From NCBI GenBank assembly GCA_950097015.1, contig CATNEN010000010.1, positions 1,612,001-1,676,000 on the forward strand: a DNA stretch of 64,000 nt, in the 5' to 3' direction. A program made the translations under genes and the position numbers. Position 1 is the stretch's first letter. Each line of letters begins with the position of its first letter. Under the pieces are notes generated by a model. The model saw only the letters and a list, made by a program, of their open reading frames with translations. It did no database searches and was not told the DNA's origin. Of this stretch, positions 48,391-64,000 are shown in pieces. Source of the DNA: Macrostomum hystrix (lineage: Eukaryota; Animalia; Platyhelminthes).

Positions 48391-48780
48391 TCACAATACC
48401 CAGGCCATAGCTGTTTTGCTCGGCACTACAGCAACCATCAAGGTAAAATCAGCAATGAAGAATGCCCATTCTGCCTCTGCGCTGAATCGACATGGAAAGG
48501 AAATTCGCACCCTCATCCTGACCCTTACGGGCCGTGGCTACCTCTCCAGATATTGCTTCCTCTGGGGCGACCTCGACAGTGAACTCTGCCCCTTTTGCGA
48601 GTACGACAACGAAGATGCTGAGCACTTTGTCTGTGACTTGGCCCAAACCCTGACCTCTTCGATGTTTCAGACCTGAAAACCTGTCAGCTCGTCCGCTAAC
48701 TAAATTAAGGCTACCAGGCGTGCTACGTTCCACCACCAGGACTCTCCGAAGGAGGACCGCGCTGCGGCTGTCAGTTCTGG
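48391..48780 (+). mobile_element. Two tandem decayed fragments of the same non-LTR retrotransposon tail as 11288-11768
   Basis: GHSCFARHYSNHQGKISNEECPFCL, then EIRTLILTLTGRGYLSRYCFLWGDLDSELCPFCEYDNEDAEHFVC. DNA similarity to 11545-11670 continues (TTGGCCCAAACCCTGACCTC...CCAGGACTCTCCGAAGGAGGACCGCGCTG). Confidence 0.72.
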
Positions 48781-49729
48781 CTGCCAATGGTAGCCATTGA
48801 CTAGCAAAACAGGTGGCGGTGCCTCTCCGCGCACTAACAGATTTCACAATTTACGTCGTATCAGCCAGGCCAAAGTGCAAAGTCAACTAACTTTGCAGAG
48901 GGAAGCATTTGTTAATGAATCCCGCTGCGCCAAATTAACGCGGGAGTCGCTGAGGCACTCATTGGCGCACATTCAAATTTGGAATGACCGCGCTGGATAA
49001 GCAAACAGTGGCTGTGGCGCCAACTGGTTCAGAAGCCGGGCGGAAGAGGGAGGGCAGCAGGCACAGCTGACACACCCAGTGGTGCCGCCACGGAGTTTGT
49101 TTTCTCAAGAAGGCCGACCAAACGATTCGCTACCTGGATTAGCAGAATCAAGCTGGGCCGTTGTGATGCACTGCGGACATCCTCAGAGACAGCTTGCCAA
49201 CTTGATGGCGAAGCGAAACCAGAGACTCACTAGTGCCGCCGGCGCATTTGTTAGTCTGTTATGCTTTCATTTGCGACCGGCCATCAGTGGCGCCGCTGTT
49301 ACTTGGCCGTGTATTCTTTGTCAGCCTCTCCAATTCTGTTGCGTTTTTAGGACCGTTTGCATTTTCTCCCATGGAAACCGATTCAAATTGATTTAGCATG
49401 CCAAATAAAACATACTGCCGAACGGATTTTCAAGCTCTTTGAATCTAAAAATAGAACGCGTAGCTGCGGGGCTTGTTCGGCCAGACATGTCTGAGGGCCT
49501 GGCAGGGACTTAGGAATTGTGAACTACTAAATTCTCCTCCTTATTACTCTATTCCTGCGCTGAGCAAAGGACTGATGGCAGTCGATGAGCAGAGGCTCAA
49601 TTATTAGCCTGGCTGGGCTAGCCAAGTGCTCTTTTCAGGGCCGCGTAAAGTACGCTCGAAACATGCGCTCTAAAGGGTGAAAATGAGGAAGGAGAGGTCC
49701 ACTGAGGGAGCTCAGGGATCGGATGAAAG

Positions 49730-51745
49730 TTAGAGGGCAGCTGAGGGATTAGAGGGCAGCTAAAGGATTAGTGAGCAGCTAAAGGATTAGTGGGCAGCTA
49801 AAGGATTAGAGAGCAGCTAAAGGATTAGTGGGCAGCTAAAGGATTAGTGGGCAGCTAAAGGATTAGAGGGCAGCTAAAGGATTAGAGGGCAGCTAAAGGA
49901 TTAGTGGGCAGCTAAAGGATTAGAGGGCAGCTAAAGGATTAAAGGGCAGCTAATGGATTAAAGAGCAGCTTAAGGATTAAAGGGCAGCTATAAAGGATTA
50001 AAGGGCAGCTAATAAATTAAAGAGCAGCTTAAGGATTAAAGGGCAGCTAAAGGATTAAAGGGCAGCTAAAGGATTAAAGGGCAGCTAAAGGATTAAAGGG
50101 CAGCTAAAGGATTAAAGGGCAGCTAATGGATTAAAGGGCAGATAAAAGAATTAAAGGGCAGATAAAAGAATTAGTGGGCAGCTAAAGGATTAGTGGGCAG
50201 CTAAAGGATTAGAGGGCAGCTAAAGGATTGCAGGGCAGCTAAAGGATTAGAGGGCAGCTAAAGGATTAAAGAGCAGCTTAAGGATTAAAGGGCAGCTAAA
50301 GGCTTAAATGGCAGCTAATGAATTAAAGAGGAGCTTAAGGATTAAAGGGCAGCTAAAGGATTAAAGGGCAGCTAAAGGATTAAAGGGCAGCTAAAGGATT
50401 AAAGGGCAGCTAAAGGATTAAAGGGCAGCTAATGGATTAGAGGGCAGCTAAAGGATTGCAGGGCAGCTAAAGGATTAGAGGGCAGCTAAAGGATTAAAGA
50501 GCAGCTTAAGGATTAAAGGGCAGCTAAAGGCTTAAATGGCAGCTAATGAATTAAAGAGGAGCTTAAGGATTAAAGGGCAGCTAAAGGATTAAAGGGCAGC
50601 TAAAGGATTAAAGGGCAGCTAAAGGATTAAAGGGCAGCTAATGGATTAAAGGGCAGATAAAAGAATTAGTGGGCAGCTAAAGGATTAGTGGGCAGCTAAA
50701 GGATTAGAGGGCAGCTAAAGGATTGCAGGGCAGCTAAAGGATTAGAGGGCAGCTAAAGGATTAGTGGGCAGCTAAAGGATTAGAGGGCAGCTAAAGGATT
50801 AGTGGGCAGCTAAAGGATTAGAAGGCAGCTAAAGGATTAAAGGGCAGCTAATGGATTAAAGAGCAGCTTAAGGATTAAAGGGCAGCTAAAGGATTAAAGG
50901 GCAGCTAAAGGATTAGAGGGCAGCTAAAGGATTAGAGGGCAGCTAAAGGATTAGTGGGCAGCTAAAGGATTAGTGGGCAGCTAAAGGATTAGAAGGCAGC
51001 TAATGGATTAAAGGGCAGCTAATGGATTAAAGGGCAGCTAAAGGATTAAAGGGCAGCTAATGGATTAGAGGGCAGCTAAAGGATTGCAGGGCAGCTAAAG
51101 GATTAGAGGGCAGCTAAAGGATTAAAGAGCAGCTTAAGGATTAAAGGGCAGCTAAAGGCTTAAATGGCAGCTAATGAATTAAAGAGGAGCTTAAGGATTA
51201 AAGGGCAGCTAAAGGATTAAAGGGCAGCTAAAGGATTAAAGGGCAGCTAAAGGATTAAAGGGCAGCTAATGGATTAAAGGGCAGATAAAAGAATTAGTGG
51301 GCAGCTAAAGGATTAGTGGGCAGCTAAAGGATTAGAGGGCAGCTAAAGGATTGCAGGGCAGCTAAAGGATTAGAGGGCAGCTAAAGGATTAGTGGGCAGC
51401 TAAAGGATTAGAGGGCAGCTAAAGGATTAGTGGGCAGCTAAAGGATTAGAAGGCAGCTAAAGGATTAAAGGGCAGCTAATGGATTAAAGAGCAGCTTAAG
51501 GATTAAAGGGCAGCTAAAGGATTAAAGGGCAGCTAAAGGATTAGAGGGCAGCTAAAGGATTAGAGGGCAGCTAAAGGATTAGTGGGCAGCTAAAGGATTA
51601 GTGGGCAGCTAAAGGATTAGAAGGCAGCTAATGGATTAAAGGGCAGCTAATGGATTAAAGGGCAGCTAAAGGATTAAAGGGCAGCTAAAGGATTAAAGGG
51701 CAGCTAAAGGATTAAAGGGCAGCTAAAGGATTAGTGGGCAGCTGA
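49730..51745. repeat. 19-bp minisatellite (GGGCAGCTAAAGGATTAGA/AA) with higher-order variant blocks
   Basis: About 105 copies; the GGCTTAAATGGCAGCTAATGAATTAAAGAGGAGC block recurs at ~50301, ~50529 and ~51157. Confidence 0.96.
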
Positions 51746-52549
51746 GGGGCAACTGAGCGGTATGGAGCGTAAAGACAAAGGAAGCAAGACACAGAGCGCT
51801 TACAAATGAGTTGGGTTTGTCTCAGCAGAACGGAGGAAGCTTCCAAAATAAACATTGAGCGCCACGAAATGCACGCGTGGGTTTTGAAAGTTCGTTATAA
51901 TTTAATAATCTTAATATGACTACTGCCTCTCACATGCATAGTCTCGTATTCACTGGGGACGCATTGAAGGCGCCAAAACGCTGGATAGTTATTAAAGATA
52001 TAAAAAATCTCTACCTACTACTTGCAGTAACAATGACAATAGACAGACAGGCATTGCATACTAGGGGGGCGCATTGGTGAATCATAAGTGGAACCCGTGA
52101 TTGCCTAGCAGTTAAATTCTCATTCAACTGGAATTAAATATGAAGAATCTTTCAAAGCTCGAAATCCTAATAGCCACAGGAGTGCCCGCCCATTGGCCTG
52201 ATGCCAGGATGCCCGGCTAATGTTTTATGATGCATTTTTATGATTGCCGGCCGCGCGACCCCTCCATGGCCGAATGGATTTTTATGAAAACAAAATCAGC
52301 GGCGGCACAGAGCGATTCGGCAAAAGGTTAAGAGCCCTAGAGCCGCATTCAGCTGAACTGTGGGAGAATTCAGAGGAATGGGATAAAAGAAGGATTATGG
52401 CCCTGCGTTAAATCTCTGAAATACAAAGTGCGCAATGGAACATTCAAAAACATAATTTTCTGCGACCTTTTTCTTATGTTTATTCCTTCACCACAAGCTT
52501 CTACTCACAGTAGCGACACGAGCTTCTGTTTTCTACCATTTTCTACCCC

Positions 52550-55500
52550 TGACTGAGTCTAGGGATCTGGAGATTTTGGTGACTGAGTCTAGGGATCTGG
52601 GGATGTTGGTGACTGAGTCTAGGGATCTGAGATGTTGGTCACTCAGTCTAGGGATCTGGGATGTTGGTGACTGAGTCTAGGGATCTGGGGATGTTAGTGA
52701 CTGAGTCAGGGATCTGGAGATTTTGGTGACTGAGTCTAGGGATCTGGGGATGTTGGTGACTGAGTCTAGTGATCTGGGGATGTTAGTGACTGAGTCTAGG
52801 GATCTGGGGATGTTGGTGACTGAGTCTAGGGATCTGGGCATGTTAGTGACTGAGTCTAGGGATCTGGGGATGTTAGTGACGGAGTCTAGGGATCTGGGGA
52901 TGTTAGTGACTGAGTCTAGGGATCTGGGGATGTTAGTGACGGAGTCTAGGGATCTGGGGATGTTGGTGACTGAGTCTAGGGATCTGGGGATGTTAGTGAC
53001 GGAGTCTAGGGATCTGGGGATGTTGGTGACTGAGTCTAGGGATCTGGGGATGTTAGTGACTGAGTCTAGGGATCTGGGGATGTTAGTGACGGAGTCTAGG
53101 GATCTGGGGATGTTAGTGACTGAGTCTAGTGATCTGGGGATGTTAGTGACTGACTCTAGGGATCTGGGGATGTTGGTGACTGAGTCTAGGGATCTGGGGA
53201 TGTTAGTGACTGAGTCTAGGGATCTGGGGATGTTAGTGACGGAGTCTAGGGATCTGGGCATGTTAGTGACTGAGTCTAGGGATCTGGGGATGTTAGTGAC
53301 GGAGTCTAGGGATCTGGGGATGTTAGTGACTGAGTCTAGGGATCTGGGGATGTTAGTGACGGAGTCTAGGGATCTGGGGATGTTGGTGACTGAGTCTAGG
53401 GATCTGGGGATGTTAGTGACTGAGTCTAGGGATCTGGGGATGTTAGTGACTGAGTCTAGGGATCTGGGGATGTTAGTGACGGAGTCTAGGGATCTGGGGA
53501 TGTTAGTGACTGAGTCGAGGGATCTGGGGATGTTAGTGACGGAGTCTAGGGATCTGGGGATGTTAGTGACTGAGTCTAGGGATCTGGAGATGTTGGTGAC
53601 TGACTCTAGGGATCTGGGGATGTTAGTGACGGAGTCTAGGGATCTGGGGATGTTAGTGACTGAGTCTAGGGATCTGGAGATGTTGGTGACTGAGTCTAGG
53701 GATCTGGGGATGTTGGTGACTGAGTCTAGTGATCTGGGGATGTTAGTGACTGAGTCTAGGGATCTGGGGATGTTAGTGACTGAGTCTAGGGATCTGGAGA
53801 TGTTGGTGACTGACTCTAGGGATCTGGGGATGTTGGTGACTGAGTCTAGGGATCTGGGGATGTTAGTGACTGAGTCTAGGGATCTGGGGATGTTAGTGAC
53901 GGAGTCTAGGGATCTGGGCATGTTAGTGACTGAGTCTAGGGATCTGGGGATGTTAGTGACGGAGTCTAGGGATCTGGGGATGTTAGTGACTGAGTCTAGG
54001 GATCTGGGGATGTTAGTGACGGAGTCTAGGGATCTGGGGATGTTGGTGACTGAGTCTAGGGATCTGGGGATGTTAGTGACGGAGTCTAGGGATCTGGGGA
54101 TGTTGGTGACTGAGTCTAGGGATCTGGGGATGTTAGTGACTGAGTCTAGGGATCTGGGATGTTAGTGACGGAGTCTAGGGATCTGGGGATGTTAGTGACT
54201 GAGTCTAGTGATCTGGGGATGTTAGTGACTGACTCTAGGGATCTGGGGATGTTGGTGACTGAGTCTAGGGATCTGGGGATGTTAGTGACTGAGTCTAGGG
54301 ATCTGGGGATGTTAGTGACGGAGTCTAGGGATCTGGGCATGTTAGTGACTGAGTCTAGGGATCTGGGGATGTTAGTGACGGAGTCTAGGGATCTGGGGAT
54401 GTTAGTGACTGAGTCTAGGGATCTGGGGATGTTAGTGACGGAGTCTAGGGATCTGGAGATGTTGGTGACTGAGTCTAGGGATCTGGGGGTGTTGGTGACT
54501 GAGTCTAGTGATCTGGGGATGTTAGTGACTGAGTCTAGGGATCTGGGGATGTTAGTGACTGAGTCTAGGGATCTGGAGATGTTGGTGACTGACTCTAGGG
54601 ATCTGGGGATGTTGGTGACTGAGTCTAGGGATCTGGGGATGTTAGTGACTGAGTCTAGGGATCTGGGGATGTTAGTGACGGAGTCTAGGGATCTGGGCAT
54701 GTTAGTGACTGAGTCTAGGGATCTGGGGATGTTAGTGACGGAGTCTAGGGATCTGGGGATGTTAGTGACTGAGTCTAGGGATCTGGGGATGTTAGTGACG
54801 GAGTCTAGGGATCTGGGGATGTTGGTGACTGAGTCTAGGGATCTGGGGATGTTAGTGACGGAGTCTAGGGATCTGGGGATGTTGGTGACTGAGTCTAGGG
54901 ATCTGGGGATGTTAGTGACTGAGTCTAGGGATCTGGGGATGTTAGTGACGGAGTCTAGGGATCTGGGGATGTTAGTGACTGAGTCTAGTGATCTGGGGAT
55001 GTTAGTGACTGACTCTAGGGATCTGGGGATGTTGGTGACTGAGTCTAGGGATCTGGGGATGTTAGTGACTGAGTCTAGGGATCTGGGGATGTTAGTGACG
55101 GAGTCTAGGGATCTGGGCATGTTAGTGACTGAGTCTAGGGATCTGGGGATGTTAGTGACGGAGTCTAGGGATCTGGGGATGTTAGTGACTGAGTCTAGGG
55201 ATCTGGGGATGTTAGTGACGGAGTCTAGGGATCTGGGGATGTTGGTGACTGAGTCTAGGGATCTGGGGATGTTAGTGACTGAGTCTAGGGATCTGGGGGA
55301 TGTTAGTGACGGAGTCTAGGGATCTGGGGATGTTAGTGACTGAGTCTAGGGATCTGGGGATGTTAGTGACGGAGTCTAGGGATCTGGGGATGTTAGTGAC
55401 TGAGTCGAGGGATCTGGGGATGTTAGTGACGGAGTCTAGGGATCTGGGGATGTTAGTGACTGAGTCTAGGGATCTGGAGATGTTGGTGACTGACTCTAGG

Positions 55501-56670
55501 GATCTGGGGATGTTAGTGACGGAGTCTAGGGATCTGGGGATGTTAGTGACTGAGTCTAGGGATCTGGAGATGTTGGTGACTGAGTCTAGGGATCTGGGGA
55601 TGTTGGTGACTGAGTCTAGTGATCTGGGGATGTTAGTGACTGAGTCTAGGGATCTGGGGATGTTAGTGACTGAGTCTAGGGATCTGGAGATGTTGGTGAC
55701 TGACTCTAGGGATCTGGGGATGTTGGTGACTGAGTCTAGGGATCTGGGGATGTTAGTGACTGAGTCTAGGGATCTGGGGATGTTAGTGACGGAGTCTAGG
55801 GATCTGGGCATGTTAGTGACTGAGTCTAGGGATCTGGGGATGTTAGTGACGGAGTCTAGGGATCTGGGGATGTTAGTGACTGAGTCTAGGGATCTGGGGA
55901 TGTTAGTGACGGAGTCTAGGGATCTGGGGATGTTGGTGACTGAGTCTAGGGATCTGGGGATGTTAGTGACTGAGTCTAGGGATCTGGGGATGTTAGTGAC
56001 GGAGTCTAGGGATCTGGGGATGTTAGTGACTGAGTCTAGTGATCTGGGGATGTTAGTGACTGACTCTAGGGATCTGGGGATGTTGGTGACTGAGTCTAGG
56101 GATCTGGGGATGTTAGTGACTGAGTCTAGGGATCTGGGGATGTTAGTGACGGAGTCTAGGGATCTGGGCATGTTAGTGACTGAGTCTAGGGATCTGGGGA
56201 TGTTAGTGACGGAGTCTAGGGATCTGGGGATGTTAGTGACTGAGTCTAGGGATCTGGGGATGTTAGTGACGGAGTCTAGGGATCTGGGGATGTTAGTGAC
56301 GGAGTCTAGGGATCTGGGCATGTTAGTGACTGAGTCTAGGGATCTGGGGATGTTAGTGACGGAGTCTAGGGATCTGGGGATGTTAGTGACTGAGTCTAGG
56401 GATCTGGGGATGTTAGTGACGGAGTCTAGGGATCTGGGGATGTTGGTGACTGAGTCTAGGGATCTGGGGATGTTAGTGACGGAGTCTAGGGATCTGGGGA
56501 TGTTGGTGACTGAGTCTAGGGATCTGGGGATGTTAGTGACTGAGTCTAGGGATCTGGGGATGTTAGTGACGGAGTCTAGGGATCTGGGGATGTTAGTGAC
56601 TGAGTCTAGTGATCTGGGGATGTTAGTGACTGACTCTAGGGATCTGGGGATGTTGGTGACTGAGTCTAGA
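52550..56670. repeat. 30-bp minisatellite (GATCTGGGGATGTTAGTGACTGAGTCTAGG), ~137 copies, open reading frames on both strands
   Basis: Period 30; reads MLVTESRDLG (+) and PRSLDSVTNI (-). Single-G indels at ~54157 and ~55298. Confidence 0.97.
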
Positions 56671-56809
56671 GATCCAAGATATTTTAGCTAGCGCCTGAGG
56701 ATCTGAAGGCAGCATCAATGCAATACCGTAGCTAAAATAAGCGCAGAAGAAAGTGATACGCTGAACAAAAGATCAGGACTTTGATAAAACGGCGGAGTTG
56801 CAGCTAGCT

Positions 56810-60876
<4,067 letters not shown>

Positions 60877-61089
60877 TTGTGTTACTAAGCCGAGATTTGG
60901 GCCGGCTGGGAACCGCAGTGCTGCAATGCAAATATTGAATCCCACTTGGAAAATTATCACTAAACTAGAATCCCAACAAAAATGCTTAATCAGCAACGCC
61001 ATTCTAACCCATTCTACGCCAAATACCATAGTAACAATATTCTCACAACCTATCTGTGCAACTAATTTCCGTGGCAACAAGATCCTCAT

Positions 61090-61680
61090 AACAAATTAAC
61101 CTGGCGACAAAATCCTCACAACCAATTACCCCAGTAACAAGATTATTACAACCAATTACCATAGTAACAAGATTATTCAACCAATTACCCCAGTAACAAG
61201 ATTATTACAACCAATTACCATAGTAACAAGATTATTACAACCAATTACCCCAGTAACAAGATTATTACAACCAATTACCATAGTAACAAGATTATTCAAC
61301 CAATTACCCCAGTAACAAGATTATTACAACCAATTACCATAGTAACAAGATTATTACAACCAATTACCCCAGTAACAAGATTATTACAACCAATTACCCT
61401 AGTAACAAGATTCTTACAACCAATTACCATAGTAACAAGATTATTACAACCAATTACCCCAGTAACAAGATTATTACAACCAATTACCATAGTAACAAGA
61501 TTATTCAACCAATTACCCCAGTAACAAGATTATTACAACCAATTACCATAGTAACAAGATTATTACAACCAATTACCCCAGTAACAAGATTATTACAACC
61601 AATTACCCTAGTAACAAGATTCTTACAACCAATTACCATAGTAACAAGATTATTCAACCAATTACCCTGATAACAAGATT
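61090..61680. repeat. 30-bp minisatellite (AGTAACAAGATTATTACAACCAATTACCCC) between NDUFS6 and AFG3L2
   Basis: About 19 copies, some of 29 bp. Confidence 0.95.
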
Positions 61681-62087
61681 CTCCCAATTTTTCCCTGGCA
61701 ACAAGATTCCTAAAACCAACAGCATTCCTAGACCAGTAAAAAGACAATCTGATAGTGAACTGAACGACAAACAGAACAGAAAAAAACGAATATTTGAACA
61801 CCAGTAATCATTTAAATGGCAAACGATGAATCTATACCTAAATGTGTTTGTAGAACACAGACCCCCGCAAATTGTAATTATTACATGCAGACAAACACTT
61901 TTTAATCTGTTCTCATTCGATACACATTTCATTTTTATGTAATACGATCACTAAATCTAAACTTAATAAACGGAAAGCAAGGGATAGTAGAATTATACCA
62001 ATTTATACACGCGAAGCATTCGCGACTGTTTCCTAGAAAGTGTCTCTTAAACCAGCCCCCCACACAATAGTCTGAAGCAGCGGCAGG

Positions 62088-62525
62088 TCAGTGCTGGTGT
62101 CCGTCTTCGTGAAAGTAGCGCAGGCCGCAGTAGCCGCAGGTGTGCGGCCCCGGCCCGTCCAGGTTGATGTAGACCCGCGGATGGCCCAGCGCCGGGTCGC
62201 CGCCGTCGCAATGCACCACCCGGTCCGGGCTGGGAATGGGCGCCACCTCGTGCACCAGGTCGATGGCCTGCTGTTTATTGATCAGCTTCTGCTTGCCGAC
62301 AAAGCGGGCCAGCCGATAGTCGCCCGGCTCGAAGCGCTGGCCAGTGTGAGTTTCCTCAAAGGCGGAGACCGGCGTGTCGACCGTCTGCGGCTGCTGGGAG
62401 CCCGTGGTGGCAACGGAGGAGCCGGAGCTGAATCGGGCGGCGCGGATGGCGGCGCTGGCGGAGCTTCGCGCAGCGAACAGTCGAGGAAGAAGCTGGAGAA
62501 CTCCGATGGCAGCCGAGGAAGGCAT
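62088..62525 (-). CDS. NDUFS6: NADH dehydrogenase (complex I) iron-sulfur protein 6, zinc-finger subunit; single coding exon, 145 aa
   Basis: Arg/Ala/Ser-rich presequence, THTGQRFEPGDYRLARFVGKQKLIN...AIDLV, zf-CHCC motif VVHCDGGDPALGHPRVYINLDGPGPHTCGYCGLRY. Confidence 0.96.
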   Translation of the reverse strand: MPSSAAIGVLQLLPRLFAARSSASAAIRAARFSSGSSVATTGSQQPQTVDTPVSAFEETHTGQRFEPGDYRLARFVGKQKLINKQQAIDLVHEVAPIPSPDRVVHCDGGDPALGHPRVYINLDGPGPHTCGYCGLRYFHEDGHQH

Positions 62526-62560
62526 GGCTAGCTGAAGATCGATTTGGGCGGCATTTTTAT

Positions 62561-62860
62561 TTAGAGCTTCGAACTTCCAATCGAGAGGTCGGGAGTTCGA
62601 ATCTCAGGCCTAGAGAAACCATCTAAAACCTCGAGCGAGACACTTAATTGACCACTCTCCCCAGTCCATGGACTGAACAGCTAGCTGTACCAGTCTTTGG
62701 TACTCATTTCACCCAGAGTACGCCCATTAGGGCCAACCACAACGGCACAGTGAGATTCCACACTGCCCGGCGATGAGATAGTCAGGACAGATGTGCACAC
62801 CTGCGTGAGTGTATGCTCAGGGTCAGCGCGGAATGGACAGAATCGACTCCCCGCTGGCTG
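62561..62860 (+). mobile_element. Diverged SINE sharing the core of the 28623/31829 family but with a different tRNA-like head
   Basis: B box GTTCGAATC at 62595-62603. 62719-62860 aligns to the SINE body (TACGCCC.TTAGGGCCAACC...CACAGTGA...CACTGCC..GCGATGAGA.AGTCAGG.CAGATGT.CACAC...GCTCAGG...CGCTGGCTG). Confidence 0.7.
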
Positions 62861-63759
62861 TACAATTAAAAAAAATAGACAGTGACATTGTGATTGCTGC
62901 AAATCTACAAAAAGGTAGAACCAGAAGGATCTACAGCCTAGAAATAAAAAGCTTTTTAATCTTAAGCCTTTTTCTTATTACGCTCAATTGGTCAGTTGGA
63001 CTCTTTTGAAAAAAGTAAAAATTAAAAAATAATACCCTGTTTTTATTACTGACAAGTAAGGTGAATAGTATGTGTGGATTTAAGGTGAAAATTGCTCTAG
63101 CTTGTTTGGGTACCCCGTTGTGATATAAAATGTTTCATTGTCAATCTTTCCTATGATTTTCTAATCTGATTCGGAAAATGAATAATTTTAACGACAAGAC
63201 AAGCACAAAAAGTAAATGACTAAATTGAAGCTTTTTGTCTATTATATTTAATAAAATATTTGACTGATTGCACAACGAATAAAATTTGATGAAGTATAAA
63301 ACTGTAAATTAGTAAAAATATAAATACTAGTTCAACAAGTTGGTATGATAAAGGTCCGATACTTGATGTGTAGGAGGAATGTAGAACTGATAAGACACTT
63401 AATAAAATAAGGACAGCCATGGGGTTAGAAGACAAGTTCAACACTGCACTGAATACTTACAGTAGTATAATATCAGTGCTAATTGTACAAGCAGTTAGCA
63501 TTAACTGTACCGCTGAAAAACTATAATATTCTATAGGGTGTGAGGAACAAGGAAAAAACTATTAAGTAATCGGATAAACAAGTCAACGTTTTTTCCACTA
63601 AAATTTTGCATTTAACAAAAAATGACAGAATTATGTACTAGATTTATGATCACAGCGATACGAAGCAAGAATTTCACACCTCTCAATGGCAAAATATTCT
63701 CATTCCTCAGCTAGCTTGAATCACAGCTGTACTCAAATCGAATTACAAAAGTACTCACA

Positions 63760-64000
63760 TTGACTCGCAGCTGTACGCACAATGACTCGCAGCTGTACTC
63801 ACATTGAATCACAGCTGTACTCACATTGAATCACAGCTGTACTCACATCGAATCACAGCTGTACTCACATTAAATCACAGCTGTACTCACATCGAATCAC
63901 AGCTGTACTCACATCGAATCACAGCTGTACTCACATTGAATCACAGCTGTACTCACATTGAATCACAGCTGTACTCACATTGAATCACAGCTGTACTCAC
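63760..64000. repeat. 22-bp minisatellite (GAATCACAGCTGTACTCACATT), truncated by window edge
   Basis: About 11 copies. Confidence 0.95.

Noticed and set aside
47600-52550. Protein-coding gene between the LRR gene and the 30-bp array
   Set aside because: Only short ORFs, retroelement debris and a 19-bp satellite; nothing supportable.

Overview
Eukaryotic (animal) genomic DNA: GC-rich exons with GT-AG introns, and about 30 separate micro/minisatellite arrays that fill roughly a third of the window (my estimate, about 23 kb). The style is consistent with a free-living flatworm such as Macrostomum, but that is inference only. I assembled eight phase-consistent gene models by hand: an 8-exon class II xylose isomerase (+), an LRR-Ig-FN3-TM receptor of LRRN type (-), a small multi-pass membrane protein (-), a PH-domain/coiled-coil protein (-), synaptotagmin-4 (+), a ~1058-aa putatively GPI-anchored LRR protein (+), the m-AAA protease AFG3L2 (-) and NDUFS6 (-). 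A probable first exon of a ninth gene runs off the left edge. Mobile DNA comprises a tRNA-derived SINE family (two full copies with target-site duplications, plus diverged relatives) and RNase H/zinc-finger tail fragments of a LOA/R1-like non-LTR retrotransposon. The most interesting observations are: an intron array in AFG3L2 that is the exact antisense of a downstream 5' splice site; arrays built from or sitting directly after stop codons, splice sites and a SINE TSD; a shared GGATT core in many unrelated arrays; a 4.1-kb 30-bp array with third-codon-position-biased variation; and an intron-containing animal xylose isomerase with a relic partial duplicate upstream. All exon boundaries are sequence-based predictions without RNA evidence, and array edges are approximate.
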